This document shows positions 25,228 through 38,600 of a DNA stretch of 64,000 nt, piece after piece. The DNA is from Balamuthia mandrillaris. Its lineage: Eukaryota. A model generated the notes under the pieces. The model was given only the letters and a program-made list of their open reading frames with translations, was not told where the DNA came from and did not search any database. The number at the start of each line of letters is the position of its first letter. The first letter of the stretch is position 1. Position numbers and translations under genes: made by a program. The DNA lies in contig JAVKOQ020000001.1 of assembly GCA_031835245.2 (NCBI GenBank), positions 682,001 to 746,000 of the forward strand. Reading direction: 5' to 3'.

Positions 25228-25501
25228 GTTGTTTATGCTCTCTCCCCTCTCCTTTTTATTTGGTGCTACTGCCTCGCTACGTTTTTTTTTTGGTGCCGTC
25301 TAGGTTGGGGTCTAATCTATTAGATTGGCAGGTTGAAAAAGAAGAAAGAAAGAAGAAAGCAGGCGAAGAAGAAGCAGCAACGCGATGGAAAACTAACAGC
25401 AAAACCAATAGTACGGGGGGTTGTAATGGCCATTCCCATCCCGTAGAAGACGGCCTTTATTTTCTTTTGGTTTGGAAAAAGCACACACACACGCGCACAC
25501 A

Positions 25502-25921
25502 ATGGCTTCTCTGTTCAATAAGGACAACAAACAAGCGGAGGGAGCTGAACAGATCAGCGGCGGAGGGGGTGGTCTCCGCTCCGACCAAAACATCGGCCGA
25601 GACGTCGGCATCGGGCTTGGGGGCGGCTCATTAGGAGGAACCGGCGGCTTCTCCATCAGCGGTGGCGGAGGAATAGGCAACACCGCTGCCACCTCCGGCC
25701 TTAGCGGTTTGGGTGCAGGACAAGGACTTGGCAACAAAATGGATGACATCGGACTGGGTCGAGGCCTTGATTCTGGCCCTGGCTTGGACGCCTCCAAGGA
25801 CATTGGCTCGCCGCTAGGTGGAACGGGTCAAGGCACCGCTGGCGGAGGCCTTGGCGGGGGTCGGACCTATGCCTCCACCACTTCAAGGTTTGCAAGCTCA
25901 GGCGGTGGCAGCAGTACCTAA
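25502..25921 (+). CDS. Small glycine-rich hydrophilic protein
   Basis: ATG in a cacacaATGG context, GC-rich ORF of about 139 codons with GGG/GLG repeats, followed by an A-rich 3' flank. Confidence 0.65.
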   Translation: MASLFNKDNKQAEGAEQISGGGGGLRSDQNIGRDVGIGLGGGSLGGTGGFSISGGGGIGNTAATSGLSGLGAGQGLGNKMDDIGLGRGLDSGPGLDASKDIGSPLGGTGQGTAGGGLGGGRTYASTTSRFASSGGGSST

Positions 25922-25991
25922 CCAACGACAACCATACAAAACAAAAAAAATAATGATGTTAAAGAAACAACGGTACAATGTGTGCATATTA

Positions 25992-28900
25992 TTATTGTTG
26001 TAGGGTCTTGCCGCTGCCGCTAGAGGTTCTGGCTTTCTGCGGTTTCTGGCTGTTGCGTTTGTTGCCCTCTTTGTGGTGGTCCTTGTCTTTGGAAGACGTA
26101 CTGCTGCTGTTGCTTCCATTGGAAGCGCTGTTGTTATCTTTGGAATTGACGCATGGAAGGACCGAACGAAAGTTCTCCAAGGTGTGACTTCTTGTTTTGG
26201 TGGCGGAAGAAGATGAGCTTGCTGCTTCTGCGAGCGCATCGAAAGAAGCAAGGCTAGAGTGTCCAAAGAAGGCCACCGATGCTCTTTGCTTGGCTCGATC
26301 CTTCTTGTCCCTGTGAGGTGCTCCTTGTTGCATTGTGGCTACTTTGCTGTTCTTCTTGTTTGCATTGCTGTTCTTGTTGAGGGTACGCTTTTCTTTGTGC
26401 AGCACCATCAATGGCTCTTCTGCTTCGTTCCTCTCTCTGTCTTTATCCTTCGCTTTATCCTTCTCCTTCTCTGCTTTTCCCTTCTCTTTGTGGCCTTTGG
26501 AGGGCAAGGCAACGCCATCGGCCAGTTGGTTGATGGCAGTGCTGCTGTCTCCCCAACTGTAATGACGCAGCAGAGGCGGTCTCTTCCTGTTGCTTTTCTT
26601 CTTGCCAGTGAGATGATTGTCTTTCTCTCTGTCCTTGTCTTTCTCTTTCTCTTTCTCTTTCTCCCTGTCTTTGTTATGATGATGGCCTTTGTCGTGTCGC
26701 TCGGACTTGACCCGAACCCGAAGGTGCCGACCCGATTGAGAAAGTCTGTACTTCTTCTTCTTCTTGTTCGTTTTGCTCGTTTGTTGGTGTTGCTGCTTCT
26801 TGTCTTTTGGCGAGGGTTGGATGCTCCTTCCAGATAAACATTGGGCCGATGAAGGGCTTGGTAGTGTTCCGGAGGAAGCAGCCGCGAAGGATTGACCTGG
26901 AAGAGGAGGCAGAAGGGGTTTGAGCATGGCGTTTCTTGGGGTGTTCAGTTTGAAGAGTAGCAACTCGGCCCATGCGCGACATTCCTCCGATGAGCGGAAG
27001 CAGAACGTCTTTGGTTGTCGCAAGTTGGGAACTGCTGGATGCTGAATGGACAGGCCGTGGAGGGAGGGTAACTCTGTTTGGGACAACGGTAGGAGTGGTT
27101 AAGGAAGTACCGAAGAGAAGTAAGAAGGGAAACGAGAGCTAACCTGCGATTTGTCCGGTGGTTACAGAGAATGGCGGCTGCAAGGGAACCTTGAACCGGA
27201 AATTATATACTCCATTCTTTTTGGCCTTTCCGAACAGAAGGCAATCCGAAAACACAAAAACGTGGAAGGATTTCCAACTCACTTTGCTGGCGCCCAACGC
27301 TGCAAGCACCTCGGCGCTACCACCCTTTGGCAAACGAGGTGATGCATCGCTCGAAGGTTGGTGTTGGTGATGTACCGTTCTTCCAGAAGTCGTTTTGATA
27401 ACCCCATCACTCGACGACAGTATATCAAAAGCATACGATGAAGAAGAGGTATTAGCTCCGCTTTGGCGAGAGGCGCTGCGGCTAAACTTGCCGCTTAGTG
27501 CTGCTCTTCCTCGTGGAGATATCAAGTCTTGTGCAGGCCGTTCGTCCACTAAAGTGATGTTGGGTGACGTGAGAAGGACCCAGTCCGTATCTCCAATCCA
27601 TCGACGAGCCCATGGATCGAAGAACGAGATTGAGGTTGGGTTGTTATTTACTTTGGTGTCCTTTTCGTCTGTAGTTGTAATCAGAGGAGGCAAGCCATGA
27701 AGGATGTGCTGCAAGGAGCGCATCTTGTACTTAGTTCGACCAAATTCCCAAGATTCTTCCAGGAGTTGAAGTAGGCTCGAAGTTGCGGATCGAGCCTCCA
27801 CCAGACGAGGACGATCTACGTGAGTAGAGGGAGTGTAACGCAGCAGTTTCTTAATGTTGACACAAAATGTTAGTCGGAGAGGGGGAATAAATAAATAGAA
27901 GAATAAGAGAGAGAGAGAGAGAGAGAGAGGTAAGAGAAGTTAGGCCTATACTTGAAGGAAGGAACGGTACTGCGAGACTCGTTCTAACGGTCGATCCAGA
28001 GAAACAATAAGACTGCTCTCCTTGTCTTTTTGTAGTGGCTTATTTTGATGTAAGTTAACCCCACACACAAAATAAAAGAAAGAATGATGGTTACGTACTG
28101 CAAGGGTGCTATTTGCAAAGTCAGTCCTAGCCACCCATGCACAGTACATCTCAAAGGCGTGATGCCGCTTCTTGTGGTACTGAGCATAGATCGAAAGTGA
28201 AGGCAACACTTTGAGCATTATATCACCGATGCACATAAAGCTGGTACCCGTAGTTGTCGCAGTTGTTGACTTGATGACCCTCTCCTCCAACTCCGCCAAC
28301 AAATGGACGTGAAGAGAGTGAATGAGTTCTATGTTCCTGAATACAATGCTCAATTCTTGCATGGTCAGGCCGTGGCCTTGTTTGTTATCGGGTTTGGCTG
28401 CTTCTTGAAGCGGGCGTAGATAGTTTTGTATGCAGTCAGAAAGAGCAGCGACATACTCACGTTCACTGGTGATAAGGTCCATGAGCGTCCTCCATCTTTG
28501 CTTGGCTGGTCCTGCGTCTTTGCTTTGTGAATAAGCTTCCACTGCATAAAAATGGAGAGTAAAAAAGGTGAGACCCATTACAAGCTACGTTCAAAAGCTG
28601 TTACCGATGGAAGCAACACTTGGCGTTGCTTGTTCTCGTTGCCTATTTCGGCGAAGCCAACACCGGATGAGTCTCTGTGCAGGTACTACTTTATTTATAT
28701 CAAACTTGCGAAGGAGTTCTTCCTGTTCCTTGCTCTAATATTGTGGGAATGGATTAGACCGGAAGTAGAAAAGAGAAACAGAGAAGAGAACCTTCCGTAA
28801 AGAAACAAGCTGGAGATGAAGGTCTTCAATGATTTGAGTCATGCTCTGTTTCTCTGCTCTCCAGTTGAGCTCGTCCTCTTGAAACTGTGCAACCACCTGC

Positions 28901-30779
28901 TGTAGATACTTCATCTCTCCAAGGAAGAAATTAAGCTTCTTGGCTTGCTGCTGCACCACAAGCTCCGTTTTTTGACTCATCTGCAAAAGTTGTTGTTGCC
29001 ATGCCTCCAACTTCGCCGTTCTTGGCGTAGCTTCCCGTGTCAGAGCTGGAAGAAAAGATTTTGGAGAGGAAGTAGGTGTGGTTGCCTCAGCAACTCTCTG
29101 CTTGACCAATGGTGTGCAACTGTTGGCTTGGTTTGTGCTGATAGCTGATTCACCACATTCTTCGTTGATGGCGATGTCACTTTCTTCTTCCCGTCTGTCT
29201 GCAGCAACAACTTGTTCGTTAGGTAATGTGCTTGTCGTTACATGTGGTGATGGAGGAATTAGTGGGTTATTTCCTTCCTCTCGTTTGAGCACGGTTATAT
29301 ACTCTTCTACCATTGCCTCCTTCTCTTCCTCACCGTATCCGTGTGTATTTTGTTCAGGCGCAGGCATAACAGCTAATTTTTCTTCTCCCACTGCTGTAGT
29401 TGTCGAGGCGATGGCCTTGGTGCTAGTTGCCATTCGTAGTTGATATTGCTGAACAAGTTGCTTCAACTGACTAACTTCTTCTTCCCTTTCTTTTAACTTC
29501 CATGTCACCTCTTCCAGCTGTTTCATCAGCGATGAAGCCTCTGGTTGTTGTTCTTCTTGTCCATTTTCTGCTTCTTCATGCTCGCTTTCTCCTTCTGCCA
29601 TCTGTGTGATCATGTTCATTTGCGTAGACAAAGAGTTAGGTGCTGATGAAGTCCACGCCACCGCAGCGCTTGAAGACCTCAAGTCTCTCTTCAAACTTGA
29701 TGGTGTGGATGAGGGTGATGAAGAATATGGAGACGATCCAGACTGCAACAGCGCAGCGGAGGATCTGCTCATTGGCCCATGTGACAAGCTGCAGGCTCTT
29801 CGTTGAACACCCTCCGTCTTCTTAGCTTCACTCGTAGCAGGAATAACAGGATTCGTTAACCTCTGTTGCGAGATAAACATGTCCACGCCACGAACATACT
29901 CTCCAAAGCCATTCCTCTTCCACTCAGAGGCAGGTCTCGTTTGCACAAAATCGGCATAGGGAGAGACTACAGGGACGGTCATCATAGCCATCGTTCGAGG
30001 AGAATAGGGGTAGGAGTTGGAGGTGGGTAACTGTTGTTGGGGTGAGGATGGAGAGGAGAAGATCCCTCTGTCGCGGGGCGAGAAGACTGCAGAGGGTAGT
30101 GAGAGCCTCTTGTCTTCCTTATTCAACCGACGCCGAGGTTGACGTGCTGCAGGTGAATGGGGGGATCCGCTTCCTTTGCCTTCCCCACGGCTCGTTTCTT
30201 GAGGTTGTTGTTCCTTCAGATCGTCATAGTCTTCTTCTACTTCGTCTGGCTCTTTGTTTCCTCCTGCGTCTACCTTGCGTTGATCTTTATGTTCTTCTTC
30301 AGAACAGTTGAAGGACAAGCTGAAGCGTTCCCATAAACTCTTCTTCTCTCGGAGGGAACGAAGGTTGCGGAGGTGAGATAGAGTGGGAGAGTTGGCAGTG
30401 TCAGGAATCCTTCTGATCTCCTCTACAGAGCTTCCACTAGGCTGCTTAAGCTCTCGTCGCTCGTGGTCTAGTTGCGAGTTAAAACAAGCTTTACACATAC
30501 TTTTCCTTAAGATAGAGAGAATGTGTCATAACCAAGCAACTGTCACACAAAAAAAAAGAGAAACAGAACAAACCTCCAGTATTGTGGCTCGAAGTGTTCG
30601 CAAGGGGTGACGTTAATGCCATATGTAGAAATATCTTGCACCCAACCAACAATGGTTTGTTCGTCTTCTTCCGTAGGCGACGTATTCTCTCCGCCTTCTT
30701 TCCCTCGAGGCGAAAGTTCCTGGTCTGCCGTATCTCCTTCCCCCAGGATCTGTTCGGTGGCCTCCTTTACTTCTTCCAT
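25992..30779 (-). CDS. Dbl-family RhoGEF (N-terminal CCCH zinc motif, coiled coil, DH-PH, basic tail), multi-exon
   Basis: RWRTLMDLITSEREYVAAL..YLRPL..IVFRNIELIHSLH..IGDIML and SLDRPLERVSQY (DH domain); HVFVFSDCLLFGK and FCFRSSEECRAWAELL (PH domain). Confidence 0.88.
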
Positions 30780-32033
30780 TCTATGCTTTGGTTGCTCTAG
30801 CCTTCTTTCCCACCACTCATGTCCCTGTTGTGCTTTTTGATCCCCTCACTCTCTCTACTCAACTAGTTCGTCGTGTGTGTCAGCCGGTTCGGTTGTTGTT
30901 GCTCCAAACGACACCACCCCCAAAAACCCGTTTGTCGGCCCCTCAGTCAAATTCTTTCCTTTTCTGTAGGCAAAGTATTTAAGTAATTCAACAAAAGGGG
31001 TCTCCCACTTCTTTACTCGCTCTTCTCCTCTCTCTTCTCCTCTCTCTTCTCCTCTCGCTTTCTTTCTTTCTTTCTTTCTTATCTCTTCTTTTTGGGGAGG
31101 GAGTCGATCCATTCTTCCCTTTTTTTTCTTTCTTCCATTCTCGAAAGGCCTTCAACAACAACAACAAACAACAATGACGACAGCAAACGCGATAGGTCAC
31201 CTTCACCTTCTCAGTCGGAGGTCACGAAATGCAAGGCCGGCCCTTTTTGCTTCTGGGACAATCGATGGTGGACGGAGGTCCGCCTCACTCTCTGCCCGAA
31301 CAGGGTCTCTCGCTCCCAATCCTTTGCGCTCTGTTCCACTCTCCGGTGCTTTCCGTCATCCTCAAAACTGCTCAACACGGCCACATTCAACTTTCCATCT
31401 CCTGTTCTGTGTTTTTTTTTTTCCAAGTTGGTTAAAAAAAATGGATAGAAGGAGCAAAGGAAGAAGAAACAGAGAAGAGAATAAGCGAACTTCCATGCAC
31501 GAGCTTTGGCTTTAGCTTTTCTCCGCTGGACATTGGATTTGGTGAGGGCGGTTTGTTTGGGTTTCAGCGTGGTGGCATTGGTTTGTTCGATTCGGGTCTC
31601 CAAGCTCAAGAAATCGAGCTGGTGTTCGTCCTTGCCTTCTTTCTTCTTCTTCTTCTTCTCCGTCCCTTTATCTTTGTTGTTTTTTGTGGCTCCTCCTCGC
31701 TTCGTTTGTTGCTTCTGCAGCTTCCGTTTGCGTAGTTCAACTTATTTTATGAAACAAATTTGGGAAAAGGTCAGTTGAAAACGGAAATCACTGAAAGAAC
31801 GAAACGCAGAAGGAAGGAAAGAGAGTCTATACTTTCAGAGATGCGCGGCATTGGCGATCGGCTTTGGTTCTTTTCTTCTTTCTTTCTTTCTTTCTCTTTT
31901 TATTCAGCTATGTTCAAACTTCAACCTAACGGAGGAGTCGATACTAATAGGTCAGAATTATCGTCGACAAGAAATGTGGGTGACGTCACTCAAAAATCTC
32001 AAAAATGAAATCGTCGACAACAGGAAGAAAGAA

Positions 32034-35000
32034 ATGATGCGACAAGAGCGGCGGCCGCACCACCGCCGCCGCCGCACGATCTCTACTTCTGCCTTCACTC
32101 TTTCTCTGTTGTTTTTTCTCCTTTGTTTCTCCTTTTGTGCCCATGCCAAACGACGACAAACTAATGATGAAAAATGGCAAAAGCATGTTCGCTTGCTTTC
32201 GGTGGCGGCCTCGGGGAAGGCCCAACCGCCTTCTCTCGGAGGTGCCACTCTCATCGTCGACGAGCCGGAGCCCCTTGATGATGGTGACGACGAGGGCTAC
32301 GGTGCCGTTCCGGAGGGAGAACCCGCCAATCCGGTCAATTTGATCCTATTTGGAGGAAAGCAGAGCAATGGCACTGAAACTGATCAACTCTGGGAATTTT
32401 CTGTTACATACTGTTCGTTCTTCTTGTTCTCTTCTTCGTTCTTCTTCTTGTTCTCCTTATTCTTCGTTCTTCTTCTTCTTATTCTTCTTCTTCTTCTTTT
32501 TCTTTTTCTTGTTCTTCTTCTTCTTACTAAACAAACAATAAAAAAACAGGGGCTTTGATTCAGGTAAGAGGCCTGTGGCGGCTGCTCTCTCCCATAGGAC
32601 CGAGTAGCCCAGCAGCAAGGGCCTTTCACTCAGCCATCTATTGGCGTGATGGCGATGCAAGCAGCATGCTTCTCTTTGGTGGGCTTCAGCAGGGTTCCGC
32701 TCCTGATCAGTCTCCCGTTCTCTTCAAGTAATGCCTGCTTCTTTTTTCTTTCTGCTCTCCACGTTCTTCTTTCTTCTCTCTTCTCTCTTCTCTCTTCTCT
32801 CTTCTCTCTTCTCTCTTCTCTCTTCTCTCTTCTCTCTTCTCTCTTCTCTCTTCTTTCTTCTTTCTTCTGTCTGCCTGCGTATCAACACCAACAACAATTT
32901 TTAAAATATCAAAGTGACGTATGGCTATGGGAAAGAAACAGCCAAGACCCAACGGACGACGAGGGTGCCTGGTACGACTTGGCTGAGCGTGGATGGCTAT
33001 GCGAAGACGAGACAGTTGACAATCGTCAAGGGAATGGTGCTCAAATGAGGGGTGTGCCCTCGCCACGCTACGCCCACAAGGCAGTATACCACGAGGGATC
33101 CACCACAAGTCTTCCTGCTATGTACATATTTGGAGGCATCAACGAGCAAGGCACAGTTTTGAACGACTTGTGGGCTCTCGTGTTCGGTATGGAAGGCCTT
33201 TCCCTCCGTGTTATTATGTTCTTTTGCTTTCTCCTTCTGCTTTGTGTAGTTGTGTTACGAGAGTGCTCATTGTGTGATGGTGTTGTTACAAAATGCAGTG
33301 GCACCATACAAAAGAGCAGGCTTCTGCTGGAAAGCCATTACCGTTGACAATTCCACACCGAGAGGTACGTTGATATTCGCCTACTCGATTTCATAACATA
33401 CTTAATATTATTACTCTCTCTCTCTCTCTCTCTCTTATCTTTTAGCGTCAGCGTTTCACTCGCTTGGGTTGAGCACATTGACACCAACAACATTATGGCT
33501 TTTAGGCGGAGCGATCGAGACCAAAACAACCAACGACTCCGCTGTGGCCACCATTAGCAACGCCACGAGCAGCCTCGACATGTTTACCAACAATGGTATT
33601 TTAGCCTCTGACCTGACATCGACCGTCACTGCCACCTACTCGAAAACATCTAGCCCGTATCCCTCTTCTCTCGAGGAAGGGATCGCTGCCCATTGCATGA
33701 TAGAAATCTATCCCATTGATGGATCGCCTGCATTCGCTGTGCTTGGAGGCGTCGACTCTTCGCTTGTTGATCAAGTCTATCTCTTAAATGGAGGTGAAGG
33801 ATTTCTTCCATATTTTTTATAGTCGTCTCTTACAATCTCTTTTCTTCATTCAAAAAGATCCAGAATCTCCGCAATGGACAGAACCGCTGCGAAGTTTTGG
33901 GACGTTGGCGTCGATTGAAGTGGGAGCAAGTCCAGCAGCGGCTTGGTCTTCTAACCTGAAAAGCGTTTTTACTTTTGGTGGTTTTGTGGACGACAGCTTT
34001 TCAACCGTCTCTGATAGCGGTCTCCTGACTCTTCAGATTACGAATCGTACTTTGCCCTCTTTTTCTGAATCGTATCTGGTCCAAAACTAATGAACAGAAA
34101 AGAACCACTTTCTGCAGAAGAGGAGAAGCTCACAGTTAACATTACGAAAGATCATGTGGTAGAGTTTTTGGGCGGCACTGATTTCATGCTCTCCTATACC
34201 TTCAACATTACGAGAGACATTGACGAGGACTCACAGGCTTCTTCCTCCTTCTCATCTTCCTCCTCATTTTCCTCCTCCTCTTCATCTTCCTCCTCATCTT
34301 CCTCCTCCTCGTCGAACAGCAGCAATGATAGCAACCAAGATAATGTGCGAAGGGACACCACTTGGATCAAAGTAGAGCTCGAAAGCATAACAGAAAAAGG
34401 AACCGTAACAGGACCCTCTATGTTTGCATGGCCCAACGGCGACTTCTTTACACAACAAAGCTCTGCTTCGTTCTATCGTGTGAATGATAACGAAGAAGTG
34501 GTGGAATCCGTCTCCGTTCCTTCAGTCGACTTTGTGACCTCGTTGAAGAACGGAGCAATGGTAGCCCTTCGCACCTTCTTCTTGGATAAGTCAATGAGAG
34601 TGGAGCCCGTTCCTGATGCCTATTACACAACGGACTATCCAGGCGTGAAGGTCTTGTTGGAAATAGCAGATTGGGACTGGAGGAACTCGGAGAACAGTCT
34701 TGAAGTGGCAGTGTTGGTGACGGTGAAAGGCCATGGCGGCAAGAATGTGACCACTGCAAACGAAGACGAGTATACGGCCTACAAGACCATTACCAACACT
34801 TCTGTTGCTGTTTGCAAAATGGCTCGGCAAGCAATCAACTACCCTCCCTCTCGCGATGGTAGCGCTTACTCATTTTTTCTTTTTGTTTATTTATTTTCTT
34901 TACTAATGATTCTATGACGCAGGTGGAATAGTAAGAAGTGTGTCTACTTCGGCGGAAACGGTGCAACAAGGAGACGAACAAATGCCACGAATTGTTAAGT

Positions 35001-35156
35001 TAACTTTCACTCTTCCCTATTTCGAGGGGCTGCTTGTTTATGACCCTTACTTCGAGTTAACTGATGAAGAAGTAGCCGGTACATTCACCCTTTTATTTTG
35101 TTTGTATTCTCCACTCCCTTTCTAAACATCTCTCTCTCTCTGCTCTCTCTGCTCTT

Positions 35157-35194
<38 letters not shown>

Positions 35195-35481
35195 GACATG
35201 TAGCTGGAGACTTGGAACGAAGTGCACGGATTCTTCTGGCCATCTTCATCCCGGTGACTTTTATTCTTTTGGTGGCGTTGAGCGGTATCACATTTGGGGT
35301 CTACCTACAAAAGACAGAGTATGAGGAAGGAAAACGGCACGAAATACGCATGCATCCTATCATGTACCAAGATGACAAGTACCATACCTCCGACAACAAG
35401 AAAGGCAAAGAAAAGGATAAGTTGGAAGAAGAGGAAGAAGCGGCAGGGTACAGCTCCGATACAGAAGTTGAAGCCAACTAA
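32034..35481 (+). CDS. Type I membrane protein with Kelch-type beta-propeller and membrane-proximal beta-sandwich, multi-exon
   Basis: Signal-like FTLSLLFFLLCFSFCAHA, Kelch motifs (LILFGG..DQLWEF; PSPRYAHKAV..MYIFGG..LNDLW; LWLLGG; VFTFGG), TM ILLAIFIPVTFILLVALSGITFGVYL and a short cytosolic tail. Confidence 0.8.
32763..32865 (+). repeat. (TCTTCTC)n heptamer microsatellite in Kelch gene intron
   Basis: Visible tandem repeat. Confidence 0.9.
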
Positions 35482-35696
35482 ATAAACATGTGCAGCCAAA
35501 AAAAATAGAAACCCGGTGAAGGTAATATGCTTAGTGAAGATAACGAAGAGGAAGAAGGAACGTGCAACGGCAGAACGACTCTACAGCTGCTATGCTCCAA
35601 CCAACCATTTGATGGTACCACTTCATCACAAATTACCAGCACTCCACCTCCGACAAAAGTATGAGCAAAAAGCACGAAAGAGGATAGTTTCGTTTG

Positions 35697-38600
35697 TTAA
35701 ACCTTGCCAGAAAACTTCCATTCTTTGCTGTACTCTTCGTACAGCTTCTTGAAAATGGCTTTCCCTGTTAAGCTTTGTACGATGTGTACTTGCTTTAGCC
35801 TGCAAAGAATGACGTGAAATGTTGTCAATTGTTGATCAAAAAGAAGGAAAAAGTGGATCTCCACTTTGGGGGGGCAAGTGAGAGGAAAGATACGTACTCA
35901 AACTCGCCACATACGTCCAACAGAGAATAGATGCCAGGCATCAAGGCCTGTTTCACTATGGAAGGCAGAGCATAGTTCTCCACTAACTCTATGTAATGAG
36001 ACAAAAGAAAGCCTGTGTACTTGTTGAAGGCTTTGCTATGCTTGGCGAGTTCCTCCAGCAAGCGTGCCATGTTCTCCACATGATCCGTTCGTTCTGGGTC
36101 GCTCTCTGCGTACCGGAAAATAAGAGCCATCATATCTGCGCAAATTGGCAAGTCAGCAATCATTTGTGGATAGTGAGAGGGGAGAGGTACATCTGATGTT
36201 AGAAAGGAAAGAGGGCATGCATTGAATGGTTTCAGTAGTGCGAAGGGATAAGCAGGAACGTAATAGGTGGTAAAAAGCAAGAAAAATTGAGAATGGTGGT
36301 GGAGATATGTTTGTCCACTGCCATCGGGTGGATTGGTGTCTTTTTGGCGAAGCAGTCAATGTGATCTCGTCTTCTGTAAAAAGTTCCTCCTCTTCCTCCT
36401 CTTCCACTTTTCGTTTGTGGAGTGTGTTTGATAGTGGTCTCGACATAAAAGGTGCCGTTGCTTGTAACGCCAACGAAACAATTTTACTGTTCACGTCCAA
36501 GCTCTGAACAAAGCATACAAGAAATCAGATGAGAGCGAGACAGAGCGAGACAGAGAGATAGAGAGAGGACCTTGTTTCGAAGAATAGATGAAATGACATT
36601 GACTGCAGTTACTAACACTAATTCCTCATTTCTATTAAACTTGTCCGATGATTGTTGCAGAACCACCCGCTGAACGACATTCAACAAGTGCGTCATAATG
36701 GAAGGAAGACAGTGCTGGAAGTGCCGGTGCACCCTACGGCCTGATTGTTTGAACGAAAGCAAATTAATAATAAATGGATACGAAACGCAATACAACTGAG
36801 ATAATAATACCTTTGGGCAAAGTGAATACAATTTCGGCACAGTAAACCGCGTTTATGGCTTTTGTTGTAGCCGAGTCCCAACCGTTGACAGCTATGTTGG
36901 AGCTCTCAAACTCTTTCCGCAGGAAATGAGCCATTTGTCGTAATTGTGGATCGGTAGCGCCGCTAAGAAGATACTTGTATGACTCCTTTACTCCTTCATA
37001 AAGTTGATCTTTAACAGTAAAGGTGAGATAGTTAAAAAGAAGACAATAACAAAAGTAAAGAAGGTACTGTGTTGGCTGCTGTAAAGGCATAATAGGTGAT
37101 GAAGAAGAGCTAACAGAGCAGAAAATTGTCTGTCGCGGGGAGCTGCCTTGTTGTTTTGTTGTAGTTGAGAGGCGAGAAGTAGCTCCGCTTTCATTGATGG
37201 CTGATTCAGTTGTTGACAGATGAATTGAAGGAAGGAAACAGCTTGCATCTTTAGCGCCACCGAAGAAGTGGAAGGCGAAGTTGAAGTTGAATCGGATGAG
37301 GAGAGCAATATCTGAGCAGAAGAGGAGAGGAGTCCTGCACAAAGAGAAAACACAGTGTTTTCATCGTTTGTTGTGGCATCAGAAGAGGAGAGCAAAAGCT
37401 TCAACCGTAAAAGTTGTTCAGCGAGCAGCAATAGTAATCGGAAGTTGTTTTGATGCATGGTGTCAGTCTGTGTCTTGTTGAAGTGAAGCAAAGTTTGTGA
37501 AATTAGAGGTACGACGCTGCGTTCTGTTCTTTGAATAATATCGAAGAGAGGACTAGATTCGATGGCGTTATTCATGTTGCTATTCTCGACATGTTCCAAA
37601 ATTGCTTGAAGGATTGCAGCAATCGAGTTGAAAGGAACGTAGAGTGAAGATACAGAAGAATGAGCAGAAATAGTTGCTAATAACTGATCAGCAATGGAGA
37701 CGAGATTGTCGATTCGGTTGTGATTAATAGAAGCACTACTGTAGGATGAAAGAATACGAAGAGTCTGGGTGAGAGAGCAATGCGCTGCAGCAACTAGCGA
37801 TGTTGAACCGTTGTCAATGTCGGCGTGATAATCTTTTTCCTCCCAACAACTCTCAAACCTTGTAGTTGCGCTACTGCGAAGCAACCAATTTATGCCTTCG
37901 GTTCCAATCATCTGATAATGGATAGTAAGCAACGCCAAAGAGAGAGTGAGTGAGAGAGTGAGAATAGATACGTCAAGCCAAAGCAAGGCATATGATTGTT
38001 CAGCGTCATCTTTGTTGCCAGAAATAGGGGAGAGGGTCGCGATGATCCTTCTGCAGGTCCAATCTAAGTTACGGCTGGCTTCCCACAACAAGGTTTCGCT
38101 ATCGTTTTCCTGTTTTCGGTTGTTGTGGATGTAGCTAAACATGCAGTGGGACCATATATAGTGAACCAACAGCACAGCCGCTGAACAAGCGAGCTTCTGT
38201 ACTGGTTGAAAGTACTGCCAAAAGGTAGGGAACATATCCAATGCCGAATGTATACCGCACTCAAGCTCATCGACTAAAGTGTGCAGATGTGGAGATTGGC
38301 AATTGGTGTTACTGTTGCTAAAGGCTTTGTTCTTTGTTGATTTTCTTGTTCGCTTTTCTGCTGTTGCAAGAATGTTAAGCAGAAGAGATTTGTCTTCCTC
38401 GTTATAGCCATTCGCAGTCTCAACAGACGCGATGCGAATTAGCTGCTCCGAGAGGGCGCTGAGGTGTTGTTGGTGTTGGTGTGGTAGTATAAGTAGTTGT
38501 TGTAGCCGCTGCCATAAGCCAACGATGCCATGAACCACTACGCTCATTGATATGTCGCGAATGGCAACGATCTCGGAGAAGTCCACTCTGTGAAGAGTTT

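Noticed and set aside
31550..31610. tRNA-like fragment (tggtggcattgg...gttcgattc...tcca)
   Set aside because: No consistent acceptor, anticodon or T stems can be paired, and the spacing is too short.
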